Below are positions 1 to 14,080 of a DNA stretch of 64,000 bases, piece by piece. Every line of letters begins with the position of its first letter. Position 1 is the first letter of the stretch. The position numbers were made by a program, and so were the translations under genes. This DNA is from Octopus sinensis (taxonomy: Eukaryota), in assembly GCF_006345805.1 (NCBI RefSeq), contig NC_043010.1, positions 1,116,001 through 1,180,000 of the forward strand, in the 5' to 3' direction. The notes beneath the pieces were generated by a model. The model did not search any database. It was not told the DNA's origin and worked only from the letters and a program-made list of their open reading frames with translations.

Positions 1-619
1 GAGTCATCCTTGTGGTTAAATAAATTTGGAAAGTTTTGGTCATTTTAGCCACTACTCTTGACTTTTGTCCGAGTATTTGTCCTTCTGACTGCAAAATGGA
101 ATTTTACAAAAAAGAGCAATACACAATGCTGTCACAATTATATTTCCAAATTCATCTGTTTCTTGTTGGCTGTTTTGTTTTCAATATATTTTAAAACTCA
201 AACCTAGAATTTTCTAAAGGAGAAAGAGAGCCAAGGAGAGACAAAACAGCTGTTCTCATAGAATTTCAGAATCTGGCATGTTTTGCAAGGTCCAACAACA
301 ATGTGGTAAAAAGGTTTTGGCAATGGTTTGAGATCATCTTTAACATATATACAGTCAAATTCATATAGAATTCTCATAGGTGGAATTTTGCACCCTCAAA
401 CTCTTTATATATAAAAAGACCAAGAAATCTAACTTTAAACCACTTTTTGATAAATCCGATAATGGCAGAAAGCACAAAAAATGTAAATAAAATTTAAATA
501 AAAAAATATATATAATCATCCAGCATTTTGACTACCTTATTATTCTATATATATAAAGATATATAATAATATAAATTATATATATATATATATGTATGTA
601 TGTATATATATGTATGTAT

Positions 620-900
620 ATGCATATATGGGTACAGGACATCACCAACAGTGTAAACAACATGAAGTACACAAAAACAAACGGGTTAATACGCAAACCA
701 GGAAAAATACAAAGCAGGACCAGTACACACAGAGAATGACACATTGTCAGCTGTCTATCTACTCCTCATTTTGAGCATTCAATAACAATATGAGTCATCA
801 AAGACAGTTGCTCCTGTAAATTCCAAAATAAAATTTCGGATTTATGGAGGGTCAAAGTTGGGAACAAAAACAGGACAGTGAAGACATACAAGGAAACTTA
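620..900. repeat. Probable interspersed repeat, unclassified
   Basis: Non-coding segment between microsatellites that I recognise only loosely as an octopus repeat; no ORF support. Confidence 0.25.
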
Positions 901-1086
901 ATGAAAACAAACATAGAAAGTCGTTAGACCAGAATGAAAGGAAAATAGTGAACGCTGGGAGAAATATTTTCTTAGTAAAGAGAAAAGATAGAAGAGAGAG
1001 AAAGAAAACGTTCAGTCCTTAGATCGTCATGCAGGAAAAGAAAGATGGTCAAGTGAGGAAATGATGGACGATGGACACATGTGAGC

Positions 1087-1128
<42 letters not shown>

Positions 1129-2939
1129 GGAGATAGAGAGCGATAGACAGACAGACAGATACAAAATGGTGAAGGAGAGAAAAAAGGAATTTTAGAAGGA
1201 TGGGGGAAGAAAACAGGTTAGAGTCGCATCAAAAAGGTCAAGATAAACTTACTTGGAAATGGATGCGTGACATTCAATTAAATAATAATATAAATAATAT
1301 ATATATATATACATATACATACATATATATATGCATATATATATGTGTGTGTGGAGGCACAATGTGTGTGAGAGAGAGAGAGAGAGAAAGAAAGAGAGAG
1401 TGAGTGAGTGAAGGTGTGTGTTGTGATGTATGAATTTTTGTGCATGTACGTGTAAGTGGCACTCACTTGCTCTCTCACTCTCTCTCTCACACATGCGCAC
1501 ACACACACACATCTTTCATACACATGTACATAGTGGAGGTAAAGAATATGCACACCACCTGTTTTCCACTAACCCTAAAAACCAGGAGTGTGTATTCTTT
1601 ACCTTTGCCCATAAATACATATGTATACATCTTTTTTGTGCGTGAGAGAGAGAGAGAGAGAGTGTGTGTGTGACTGTATTTCCTCATAACATAGAAAAAT
1701 GGATGTCTTTTTATACAATTTTTTTGGTTGTGTGATGCTGATACTGACAGTGATGAAGAAGCTAAAGAGAACTGTTAAAAATTATCTTGAAACTGGTTAG
1801 AAGGAGTGGAATAACATTTCTGTAATTATATTGAAAGAGCCGCTGAGGCTTGTTATAATAACCAGAATAACATTTTCTTTTCCAGATATATTTGTGAGTT
1901 TTGTGAGTGGTGTTCAATCAGCCAAATCTTCATGTTGTTGTATTTCAAAGTGAATGTTGTTTGTTTAAAGTCCAGGCTGCAACTAAACTATCGATATTGG
2001 TGCATTTCACTGTTGGGCAGGAGAAAGTTACAAGCATAAACTAAGACACACACACACATACATTAACACACACCTATCTCTATCCCTGCCTCTGTGTGTT
2101 CAGTCATCACAAAAAATGTATGTATGCTGACAGACACATACCCCATCACACATATATAGTTGTCAGTCATCGGCCTAATATAAGTAATGAACATGTGAAC
2201 ACATTCATATAGAAAATGTGATGCCATCGTCATTGTGGTGGTGATATAAAATGTCATTTATGAAAGGTGGTTAAAATAAAAAAAACACTGTTAAATTTTT
2301 GTAATGTAAATATGTGAATGAGAATATAGTTTAGTTTGTAACCAAAAGCATACTGAATCTTTCGATACCCCTTACATCAAAATTGGCAACTCAGTTTTGG
2401 AATGCATAAGGAACATATGCACACACACACGCACAACCTCTCTTTTATAGATATAGATAGATACACATTTAAAATGATTTCTACACACAGTTTTGTTTAC
2501 CAAATTATTGGATAATATGGAATGATGTTTAAAAACATCTGTTCAGAGTGTTGTGTTGTATTTATTAAAGGCAGAAGAATATGGTTTTACAGCCATCTTA
2601 ACTGCACATCCACACTGGTAAATCACACAAGAGAAGCCAGAAATATACATAACACCATTGCAGTTTGCTGATCAATGATAGAAGTGAAATGACATGCAAA
2701 GTCACTGAATACAAACCTGTATAAATTGAAAGATTAACTATAGGAGCATTTGAGAAGATTTGGCTTAAAACATTGATAAAGAAATTGGCAAAGGGAGGTA
2801 ATTTGAATCTATTCAGTAACATTAATACAATTAGAAATTGCAGTGGATAATGAGAATTTAAGAAATAAAAAAAGCAAAAGCAATTAACACCAAATAAAAT
2901 GAAAAACTAAATCCCCCAAGCTAAAATATCTAAAATAAT

Positions 2940-3003
2940 AGGATTAATAATAATGAGGACAATTAGAATACTGAGAATAATAATGATAATAATGATAATA
3001 ATG

Positions 3004-3052
<49 letters not shown>

Positions 3053-3135
3053 TAATAACAACAGCAAAATCAACAAGAATGATAATACTGAGAATAATGT
3101 TGATAATAATAATAATAGTGATAATAACAATAATA
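2940..3135. repeat. (AAT)n imperfect microsatellite
   Basis: Directly visible AAT/GAT tandem. Confidence 0.95.
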
Positions 3136-3829
3136 ACAGGCAAAAGAGATGCGTCAATTAGAAAACCTGATTTGGTATAAAGAAACAAAAGCGACGAAGA
3201 AACTCGTAACAATAAGCTTGTAGTGAAAAGAAATAGAAAAGTATTTGTAAGAAAAGAGCTGCCTAGATCCTATGTACCGATTCAGGATGCGTTCTCAAAG
3301 AAAGATTTCTTTATTTTCATTGAAAATCTAACTTACATTCAGTGTGTGACAACCGTTTTCACTTGGTATGTATATGTATATATGTATATATATGCATATA
3401 TGTATAAATGTATTTTTTATATATAAAACAAGGAGCAGACAAGATGGCTACAAGATGAGGCAGAAAACAACAACAACAACAACAATAAAATGACAAATAA
3501 ACATTTATTTCTTTTAGGTATAAGGGAATGGGTGGGAATCTGCTTTTAGTTGTATTTTTTTGTTGCTGAAAATGTTTTTATTGTTAGTTTTCTTTGTCGC
3601 ATTTTGTTTTATTTCATTTTTTTCCCCTTTATTCACTGACTGATTTTTAAGAATGGTACAATTTAGAAACACACTTTCTTTCTTAACTTGCAGAAAAAAA
3701 TGCTAGAAATGGTATTCTAAGGTCCTTGCTTTCTTTCTTTCTTTCGTTCTGCTTTCTTTTCCTTTTCTCTTGACAGATAACAACAAAACAACATCATCAT
3801 TATCAGCAGCAGCAGCAGCAGCAACAATT

Positions 3830-3883
3830 ACAAATGTAATGATGATGATGAAGATGATAATAATAATAATAATAATAATAATG

Positions 3884-3929
<46 letters not shown>

Positions 3930-3937
3930 TGATAATG

Positions 3938-4001
<64 letters not shown>

Positions 4002-4065
4002 TGATGATAATGATAATAATAATATAATAATAATAATAATGATAATAATAACAATGATGATAATG

Positions 4066-4108
<43 letters not shown>

Positions 4109-4130
4109 TAGTGATGATGATGATGATTTT
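3830..4130. repeat. (AAT/GAT)n microsatellite, about 300 bp
   Basis: Directly visible; source of the poly-I/poly-Y pseudo-ORFs. Confidence 0.95.
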
Positions 4131-4355
4131 GAGAAAGGAAATAATGGCAAATAAAAATGAAACTGAAAGAGTGAAAGTAGAAAGAAAGATGGAAAGGAGA
4201 AGAGAACAAAGGCATTAGAGGAATCCAACTATTTTTCATTCTATTCTATTTCTCTTCACATACCAAGCAGTTTTTTTTAATGATTTAAACATTCATTTCA
4301 TCATCATCATCATCATCATCATCAATCATCATCATTATCATCATCATCATCATCA

Positions 4356-4410
<55 letters not shown>

Positions 4411-4412
4411 TT

Positions 4413-4969
4413 TGAGTGAGAGAGCAGTGCATGCCATCAAAGTGACACTGGGGTACAAATATACAAAGTCCAATATACCCGTCATGACTACCCATCTGAT
4501 AAGGGTACACCAGGCACATGTATCACAACCATATGTGCGTGACATGGTGATCTTATATCAAGATAAACAGCACATAACCTTGCAGGTGGGGGCCCAGTTA
4601 GAATTTTCTTCTGGTTGAGTAACCCATCCCACTCAAAAGGTCCCTGAATAAGGGTTGTTTAAGGATGTTGAACGAACCACCCACGTTTCCAAAGGTGTAT
4701 TATCCAAATCCCAAAGAATCCCTCTCAACGCATGGCTATGATGCTCACCCACTACTTCTGCTCGTGATCAGAGATGCACATATTGTCAGCCACTAAGGGA
4801 CATGCTCAACTGGTTCAGGTCAAACAACTGACAAGCAAATCTGTGGTATTGAGCAGAATATTTGCTGTAGGCCATCTTTTATACCAAGACAAAACAATGT
4901 ACATGATAACACTTCCAATCAGTTAAGATCAGAAGCCACGAGAGCCACTGCCTGGCACTGCATCAGGGC

Positions 4970-4970
<1 letters not shown>
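4413..4970. mobile_element. About 550-bp non-coding interspersed element embedded in (ATT)n arrays
   Basis: Flanked on both sides by (TTA)n/(ATT)n; a diverged inverted partial copy lies at 32818-33105. Confidence 0.75.
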
Positions 4971-5116
<146 letters not shown>

Positions 5117-5120
5117 GTAA

Positions 5121-5316
5121 AGGCGTTAGTATGCCAGGCTAAATGCTTAGCAGCATTTCATCTGTCTTCATATTCTGAGTTCAAATTCTGCCGAGGTTGA
5201 CTTTACCTGTCATCATTTTGGGGTCAATGAATTAAGTACCAGCTGTGTACTGGGGTCGATATAATCGACTGGTCCCCTCCCCCAAAATTGCCAACCCTGA
5301 GGCAAATTTTGAAACC
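5121..5316 (+). mobile_element. tRNA-derived SINE family B (GCCTTTCATCCTTTCGGGGTCGAT core), CpG-decayed copy
   Basis: B-box-like GAGTTCAAATTC; aligns to the copy at 22811 with many CpG>TpG/CpA changes. Confidence 0.8.
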
Positions 5317-5332
5317 ATTATTATTATTATTA

Positions 5333-5369
<37 letters not shown>

Positions 5370-5419
5370 CATCATCATTATCATCACCCCCCCCCATCAT
5401 CATCATCATTGTTATTTAC

Positions 5420-5960
5420 ACAACTGCCCTTCTTCAGTCGGGCAGGCAAGGCAGTTTTCATTTGCCTGGTGGCTGTAGTGAAAGACGTTGTTTGGTGGAC
5501 AAGGCTGAAATGCATGAGGACAGATACATTCCTCTGTGGTAGAGCTCTCATTGACTTCTTCAAGTTTTACTTGTAAAGGGAACTGAGAGTGGAGAGGGAA
5601 GTGCTGTTCTTGAGTGAGTTTATTGAAGGGTGGATGAAAGTTGCGAAAATGGCAAGCGTAGACCTGTGAGTTGGAGAGAAAGAATTAGTGAGTCTGCTTG
5701 CTTTTGGGGTTTCAGGGAAATCTCGGACATTGGAATTCCCCGATTATCCGGAGGGCCACTTCTCCATCGTCCTCCCACCATTTTTCTCGTAACCCCTGTA
5801 TGCTATGCATATGCCTCCTCTTTCCCAGGGTATGCTGTGTTTACTTTTAAAATAATTTTCTTTATCATTTCATTATTATATGTAAAACCCCAACACTTTA
5901 TGTCTGTCTCTGTATGGTCCCCCTCATCTTTTGCCCTTGTGGCAAATAAATGAAATCATC
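5420..5960 (+). mobile_element. Tx1/L1-like LINE 3' fragment
   Basis: Translates FICLVAVVKDVVWWTRLK...FKFYL*RELRVERE; 3' end GCCCTTGTGGCAAATAAA then (ATT)n; paralogue at 6350. Confidence 0.6.
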
Positions 5961-5984
5961 ATTATTATTATTATTATTATTATT

Positions 5985-6203
5985 AAGGCATTGAGCTGGC
6001 AGAATCGGTAGCATGCCAGGCAAGTTGCTTAGCAGCTTTTCATCCATCTTCATGTTCTAAGTTCGAATTCCACTAAGACCGACTTTGTCTTTCATCCTTT
6101 CGGTTTTGATAAATTTAGTACCAGTGAAACACTGGGGGCAAATGTAATCATCTTGCTCCTTTCCACCAAATTTCAGGTCTTGTGCCTATATTAGTGTGGA
6201 TCA
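5985..6203 (+). mobile_element. SINE family B, decayed copy
   Basis: GAGCTGGCAGAATC head, B box and central domain. Confidence 0.8.
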
Positions 6204-6349
6204 TTATTATTATTATGACTACTACTACTACTGTTGCCTATTATCAACAATATTGTCCTCTTCGTCATTGTCATCATCATCATTTCTCATTATCATCATT
6301 GACAATGTCATTGTTATTACTATAATCATTATCATTATTATTATTATAA

Positions 6350-6870
6350 CAAGGAGGGCGAGGCCGTTTTCTTGTGCCTAGTGGCTGTGGCGAAAGAGGT
6401 CGTGTGGTGGACTCGTTTGAACGGGCTAAAGACAGACACTTTCCTCTTTGGTCAAGGCCTCATCAACTTTTTCAAGTTTAACTTGGAAAGGAAGATGAGG
6501 TTAGAGAGGAAAGTGCTGTCCGATAGCAAGTTTTATGAAAGGTGGGTGAATTGTGCGAGACTGGCCTGTATAAATGGACCAGTTCTCAGGTTTCGCCTGT
6601 GATTTCAAAAAGGTAATACAAAAGGAGAAAAAAAGGGGACTCTCTACACCCCTTTTTTTGACCAGGCTCCCGTTGGCTTTTGTAGGGTTTTTCCACCAGG
6701 AACCTTTCGAAACGTTCCCCCTTTTGGAAGTTTTTCATTGTTGAATTTTATAAGTTGTTATAAAGATTTTTACTCGATGTTTTTCAAAAACGGCAAAACC
6801 CTTTGTAACCTTTCGTCCTGTCTTGTCCCTTTATGTAATCATGCGTGTCAGCCCTTGTGGCCAATAAAAA
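6350..6870 (+). mobile_element. Tx1/L1-like LINE 3' fragment, open C-terminal frame
   Basis: ORF 6372-6602 CLVAVAKEVVWWTRLNG...ERWVNCARL; ends GCCCTTGTGGCCAATAAA then (ATT/ATC)n. Confidence 0.6.
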
Positions 6871-7973
6871 AGAATTGATTATTATTATCATCATCATCAT
6901 CATCATCATCATTATTATTATTATTATCATTATTGCCATCTGCTTCCTCATCATTCAGTTTGTCTTACTATTACTCCCTTCTCTCCTCTTCCACCTCCTC
7001 CTCGTCCTCCTCCTCATCATCATCATCACCACCACTGCCGCCGCCGCCGCCACCACCATCGTCATCATTGCCGTCGTCGTCGTCATCATCATCATCATTA
7101 TCATCACATTTATCACCATTATTATCATTATTATTATTATTATCATCATCATATCATCATCATCATCATCATCATCATTATTGTTGTTGTTATTATTATT
7201 GTTGTTGTTATTATTATTATTATTATTATTATCTTCTGTTTCATCTTTGTTTGTTATTCCTTTCCATTCTTCCCATTTATCTTTTCTTTCATGACCATTC
7301 TTTAAAGATATTTTTATAAAATTTCTTTCTTTTTGTATATATTTATCTTTATTTTCTATATAAATGTTTCTCTTTCTTTTTCTATATATTCAGTCTCAGT
7401 GGAAAATACTATTGCAAAAGTCTTAAAATGCTTCTCTCCTTTTCTCTCTCTATCTCCCTCATTTTCCCTTTTACTCTTTCTTTATCTCTGTAACCCCCCC
7501 CCCCCACTATCTCTGCTGTCTTTTCGCAAACATTTATTTCAGGTGAATGTTAGCCGGCAATTTTACCAAAGTTCTGATTTGCTTTTCTATTGCTCTCAAT
7601 ATCGCCACCACCACCGCCGCCGCCACCATCGCCGCCACTATCACTACCACTACCGCAACCACATCCACCACCACTACCACAACCACCATCACCACCATCA
7701 GCATTATCATCAGTCATCATCATTGTTTCTTGGAAGATGATGATGATCATGATGATGATGATCATCATCATCATCAACAACACCGCCACACATTTCACTA
7801 CCACAGCAACTAGCACCTCCGCTGCTATTCCAGCAACTGATGACACCATCACCATCACCATCATCATCATCATCATCACCATCAGCATCAGCAGTAGCAT
7901 AAAGATCGCGTTCATAACCACCAAAAACAACCACTCTCACCACCACCACCACCACCACCACCACCACCACACC

Positions 7974-8042
<69 letters not shown>

Positions 8043-8050
8043 GCCAGCTA
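6870..8050. repeat. Compound trinucleotide microsatellites (ATC, ATT, CCT, CAC, AAC)
   Basis: Directly visible. Confidence 0.9.
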
Positions 8051-8319
8051 AAATAACCCTATAACTATGATGGTTGTTGTCTTTATTGTTATTGCATTTG
8101 CGCTGCCATTATTTTAAAATTTTTATTCCAGAAAATGTCCAAATTCTCCAAATCAAATAAAAGTAAATAAAAGCGAATTATACGAAAGAAACGTCAATGA
8201 GAGAGAAAGAGAGTAAAATAGAGAGAGAGAGAGAGGAAGGGAGAGGGAGGAAAGAGAGGGGAGAGAGGGAGAGAGATTGTAAAACTGAAAGTGAAAATAG
8301 GAAAATGTAAAAGCTGGCT

Positions 8320-9050
<731 letters not shown>

Positions 9051-9115
9051 ACAGTCGCACAGACAGGATCTCACTCCCCATACATAAGTGTGAGTATGTT
9101 TCTTCATTGTCACAG

Positions 9116-9305
9116 GATATGTTTTGAGTGTTGGTGAAATCGTAGCATTTTGGATGGTGCCACGCGAACATTGTAAGACATTTAATGTGGCTGCTATGAC
9201 TACAGGAGAAAACCTAAATAAGCAGCAATGCAAAAAAAAAAAGAATCCAAGACAAAAACCCCATAAAAACCTGCCAAGTGATGCAGTAGCAAAGATAAGC
9301 TCCAA
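9116..9305 (+). other. Candidate coding exon, unidentified
   Basis: Acceptor TTTCTTCATTGTCACAG, open frame YVLSVGEIVAFWMVPREHCK...ISS, donor AA|GTAAGG; alternative donor at 9173; no recognised homology. Confidence 0.25.
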
Positions 9306-10079
9306 GTAAGGTGTAGGTATGATGTGTGCCGTCAGCCAGGTGCCGATTCCATCCTTGGTTAAACCTACTTCCAGTTTTACCTCAGAAATTAACGCAACTT
9401 TTATTCAAATCTAATTTTTACAGATGCTAATAAGAAACCCATGAGAAATCTAGTCCACGCTGGTGACAATATGTGTGTGTGTACATACATGCATACATAC
9501 ATACATACATGCAGATATATATGTATATATATATATGCACATCCACATGCACACACATACACATATATATATGTATGTATATATATACATATATATATTT
9601 ATACATACATACATATATATATATATAAATATATATATATATACATATATATATATACATATACATATATATATATACACACACATATATTTACATATAT
9701 AGGTAAATGCATATATATAGCATCAGTATCATTATATATGTATGTATTTATGCACGTACACACACCCACGCAGGCTTATTCATACATGAAAATATAAACA
9801 CACACACACACAAACAAATATATATATATGTATCACACACACACACACACACACAACACACACACACACACACACGTATATATGTAAATGTATGTGTGTG
9901 CACGTGTGTGTTAGTTAAAATATGATAATCGTTTTATTCTAAATCATGTTAATGAATAGCATATATCAGAACATATCTTGATTGGGCAACTCTAGGAATA
10001 GAGTCCAACTGATTGGCTGAAACTAATCAAAATGACCAGTGATCCAGTTCACCTTTTCGTTTGTTCAACCTCACACACA

Positions 10080-10114
<35 letters not shown>

Positions 10115-10321
10115 CACACACACATACACACACACACACGCACACACACAAATACACACACACATACACACACAAATACACACCCAGACATGGAATCATA
10201 GTTCATCTGTGTGTGTGTAGCTTTATGGCCATTGTTTGTTTTGTTTTTGTTCCATTTAACATTTGAAATGATCTTAATTAGTTTTGTAAAGCCTACTTCA
10301 TTCTTACTGGACATTGTGTTA

Positions 10322-10618
10322 CTCTCTTTTACTTGTTTCAGTCATTTGACTGTGGCCATGCGGGAGCACCGCCTTTAGTCGAGCAAATCGACCTCAGGAC
10401 TTATTCTTTGTAAGCCTAGTACTTATTCTATCGGTCTCTTTTGTCAAACCGCTAAGTTACGGGGACGTAAACACACCACCATCGGTTGTCGAGCCATGTT
10501 GGGGGAACAAACACAGACACACAAACACAGACATATATATATATATATATATACGACGGGCTTCTTTCAGTTTCTGTCTACCAAATCCACTCACAAGGCT
10601 TTGGTCGGCCCGAGGCTA
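10322..10618 (-). mobile_element. CORE-type tRNA-SINE family A, 5'-truncated by a family B copy
   Basis: Tail, internal (CA)/(TA) and central part match other family A copies; breaks at GGCTAT. Confidence 0.85.
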
Positions 10619-10922
10619 TTATATCGACCCCAGTGCGTAACTGGTACTTATTTAATCGACCCCGAAAGGATAAAAGGCAAAGTCGACCTCGGCGGAATTT
10701 GAACTCAGAACGTATCGGCAGACGAAATACCTATTTCTTTACTAGCCACAAGGGGCTAAACACAGAGAGGACAAACAAGGACAGACAAACGGATTACGTC
10801 GATTACATCGACCCCAGTGCGTAACTGGTACTTAATTTATCGACCCCGGAAGGATGAAAGGCAGACGAAATACCGCTAAGCATTTCGCCCGGCGTGCTAA
10901 CCTTTCTGCCAGCTCGCCACCT
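10619..10922 (-). mobile_element. SINE family B, dimeric
   Basis: Reverse complement of the 22811-type head, central domain, CCCCTTGTGG tail module and second monomer. Confidence 0.85.
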
Positions 10923-11187
10923 TAAGTTTAAAAAATGATAGCATATAAACCTGTAAGACTGTTTTGTCATTACAGAACTCAAGAACTCCCAGTCTGGTAT
11001 AAACTTTTCAAGAAGACTGATATGTTTCTGAGAGAAATATAACATTCTATTGCATCATCTTACAGCTTTGAACGATAAGGATTAGTAATTTCTTGCAGGC
11101 ATTTCTATTGCCATTTATCGAGCAGTTTCCACCGAATAACTGGCCAGGATATATTTCCTACATAATAGATTGATATACACTAAAATA

Positions 11188-11427
11188 TGTAGTAAAGATT
11201 GTTTGCCAACATAACATGGCAGTCCTGGTTTAGGACTAACGTTACTGTAATTTTGCCCGGGGGACTCCATCTCCAGCTGGCTATACGACACGGTCTGTGT
11301 CATATTTTCGAACAACATTAGTCCTAAACCAGCAATTACAGCAACATTAGTCCTAAACCAGCAATTACAGCAACATTACTCCTAAACCAGGACTGCCATG
11401 TTATGTTGGCAAACAATCTTTACTACA
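11188..11427. repeat. Perfect 48-bp inverted repeat with internal 29-bp tandem triplication
   Basis: 11188-11235 is the exact reverse complement of 11380-11427; 29-bp unit starts at 11313, 11342 and 11371 (partial). Confidence 0.9.
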
Positions 11428-11883
11428 AAGTACTCTTGCTGAATATCTCACGTTCTGAGATTTAAAAAAATAAAAATTAGTAATTTTCTAATACTAAAAT
11501 ATGTTAATACAGTCAAAGATTTTAGCTATTTTTCAACACTAAAACTTCTTTCACCAACAAGAGATATTTTTCTTGTTTTATATGTCTCCTATACACATAT
11601 TATTGAAGAAACGAAAATATATGGGGGTTTATTTGTCCACAAATATACGAAATTATGTTTCTGTGCAAGGTAATGAATAGATGAATGTGCAATGTATATT
11701 TGGATGTTTTTTCTTTTCCAGCAACTAATCAAATCTTGAGGTACTGTTAACTGTAAATACCACAATGTGTTTGGGAATTATTTTGCTTATATTTTGTCAC
11801 ATTGCTTTCCTTTTTTTTTTTATTAATAATGATAAAATATTGAAAATAAAGCTTACATAAAAGCTTACAAAAACTTGTCTATA

Positions 11884-12046
11884 GATGTAGGAGTGGCTGT
11901 GTGGTAAGAAGCTTGCTTACCAACCACATGGTTCCGGGTTCAGTCCCACTGTGTGGCACCTTGAGCAAGTGTCTTCTACTATAGCCTCGGGCCGACCAAA
12001 GCCTTGTGAGTGGATTTGGTAGACGGAAACTGAAAGAAGGCCGTCG

Positions 12047-12138
<92 letters not shown>

Positions 12139-12370
12139 TGTGTGTGTGTTGTGTGTGTGTGTGTGTGTTTGTGTGTCTGTGTTTGTCTCCCCAACATCGC
12201 TTGACAACCAATGTTGGTGTGTTTACGTCTTCGTAACTTAGCGGTTCAGCAAAAGAGACCGATAGAATAAGTACTAGGCTTACAAAGAGTTAGTCCTGAA
12301 GTCAATTTGCTCGACTAAAGACAGTACTCCAGCATGGCCACAGTCACATGAGTGAAACAATTAAAAGAGT
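11884..12370 (+). mobile_element. SINE family A, full length with internal (TA)(TG)n
   Basis: Head GGAGTGGCTGTGTGGTAAG, B box GGGTTCAGTCCC, CORE-like CACCTTGAGCAAGTG, tail CCAGCATGGCC...GAAACAA. Confidence 0.9.
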
Positions 12371-12419
12371 ATAGTATGTGGGCAGTTACGTGGGGAGGTC
12401 ACACCATCTCATTAAACCT

Positions 12420-12730
12420 CCTTCCTCAATAAAAGTAACAAACATTTGATATGTGTTTTACATTAGTTAATGACCTTGTGACCCTCAAGAAACACTAGAA
12501 ATTCTCATAGAAAGATGAAAGTAAACTTTCATCCACCTGCCAGCAATTAGCAGTGAGTGGATGACAACAAAACCATAGTGATGGTGCACCACCCTGGTGG
12601 CCAATCACCGCAACACAAAATATAGCCACAAATGTGAGCTTTACAGCCTGTATGGCAATTCTCTTGACCAAGATATAAAACAGCTATTACAGTTGATCTG
12701 AAAGATGATAAAACTGAGATACGGTAGTCC
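12420..12730 (-). mobile_element. Old unclassified interspersed repeat
   Basis: Reverse complement aligns to 30180-30430 (e.g. CCACCAGGGTGGTGCACCATCACTATGGTTTTGTTGTCATCCACTCA vs TCACCAGCGTGGTGCGCCACCGCTATGATTTTGTTGTTATCCACTCA). Confidence 0.6.
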
Positions 12731-13014
12731 CATAACAAAGTTTATTGATGATAAATTTGTGATCTTATACTTTATTCCACCGTATTGTCACAGCATTGTA
12801 TTTACAAGCTTAGAATCATTCTACTCCACCACCAAAGCCACATTAAAATCTCTCCCAATAAGTATGATGAAACAGGCTATTTTCCCCCAAAATATACTTG
12901 CAAAATAGGGGCGCGTTTTATGCACTGGAAAATATGGTACACACCCACACATATGTATATATATATATTCTTTTATTGTTTTGCGTGTTTCAGCTTTAAA
13001 GTTGCTGTAAAACT

Positions 13015-13700
13015 GAGGAACCAGCGTTGGCTGTGCTGCAGCGTTATTTGAAACCTCCTCTGATCTGTGACATTTGGTGAATGAGTGAATTTGATTCCGC
13101 TATTCTCATTTGTATTTCCTGTTGCGAGGTAGGCTCATCTGAAACCCTTGACAGGAGGAGATCCAGTTTTGTTTCAAAGACACCTGCATCCGCACCATGT
13201 AGGTTTCTCAGATGTTTTGGAAGGATATTGAAGAGCTGTGGGCTATTGAAACCCAAGTTGTTACCATATCTGGTTCTGTATTTTGATGGTGATGCTGGGA
13301 TCTTTGGCATTATGCAGTGGCGCCATGTTCTGCTATTTGTGTAATTTTCAATGCCAAAGTTTGGTACAAGGCCTTCCAGGATTTTCCAGATGTAAATCAC
13401 TGCATATATTTCCCACCTTCGTTTTAGGGAGAAGAGTTTTAACTCTTACAGTCTTTCTCAGTAGCTGGTATGTTGCATTGAGACGTACCTTGTCCTCAGC
13501 CCACCTGTATATCGCATCCAACTCCCGTTGCAGATGCACAGTGTTTCCAGGGTTTTGTATTGTCTGAGAGACTTTATGTCATCTGCGTAGCAAATAACGG
13601 TGGCTATCTGAGTAGCTGAGGCTATGTCTGAGAGAGCCACTATAAATAGTAGTGGCTCTAAGACGGTGCCCTGTGGAACACCACTTACTATTTGTGTTCC
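13015..13700 (-). mobile_element. CR1-like LINE 3' fragment with internal deletion
   Basis: VPQGTVLEPLLF...YADD...LQRELDAIYRWAED joined directly to the C-terminal region IYIWKILEGLVPN...LFNILPKHLR. Confidence 0.85.
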
Positions 13701-14080
13701 CTATTAGTTAGTTGTTCATAAATCAGAAATAAAACACATTCAATATGGATTATCGTGTGGTTATATTTTTATACATGGTCGAGTAGTATAATATTGGTTC
13801 TGGTGTATAACTGCTCAGAATGTTATCGTCGTGTCTGTGTCGACTGTTGCACTTTGGTAATATTAACAATTCTTCAGACATAGTCATTGGAAGTTCGTAG
13901 CTTCTTTTATGCTGAAGGTATGTATAGGCTTTGGGTGGCACGGTGTTTGTAAGAAGAAATGGAACACGGCGAAAAATTATGATAGTATTTCGGGAGGAAA
14001 AGAGTTATTTTCCATGGATAGGTGTCAGCCATGGGTGAATTGTATAAGCTGTGCATGTGATTGTATATATACGCACCCAG

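Noticed and set aside
3343-3365. 23-nt microexon; similar candidates on the minus strand at about 2716-2810 and 18952-18977
   Set aside because: Splice-like motifs arise often by chance in AT-rich DNA; no consistent phase chain or recognisable peptide.
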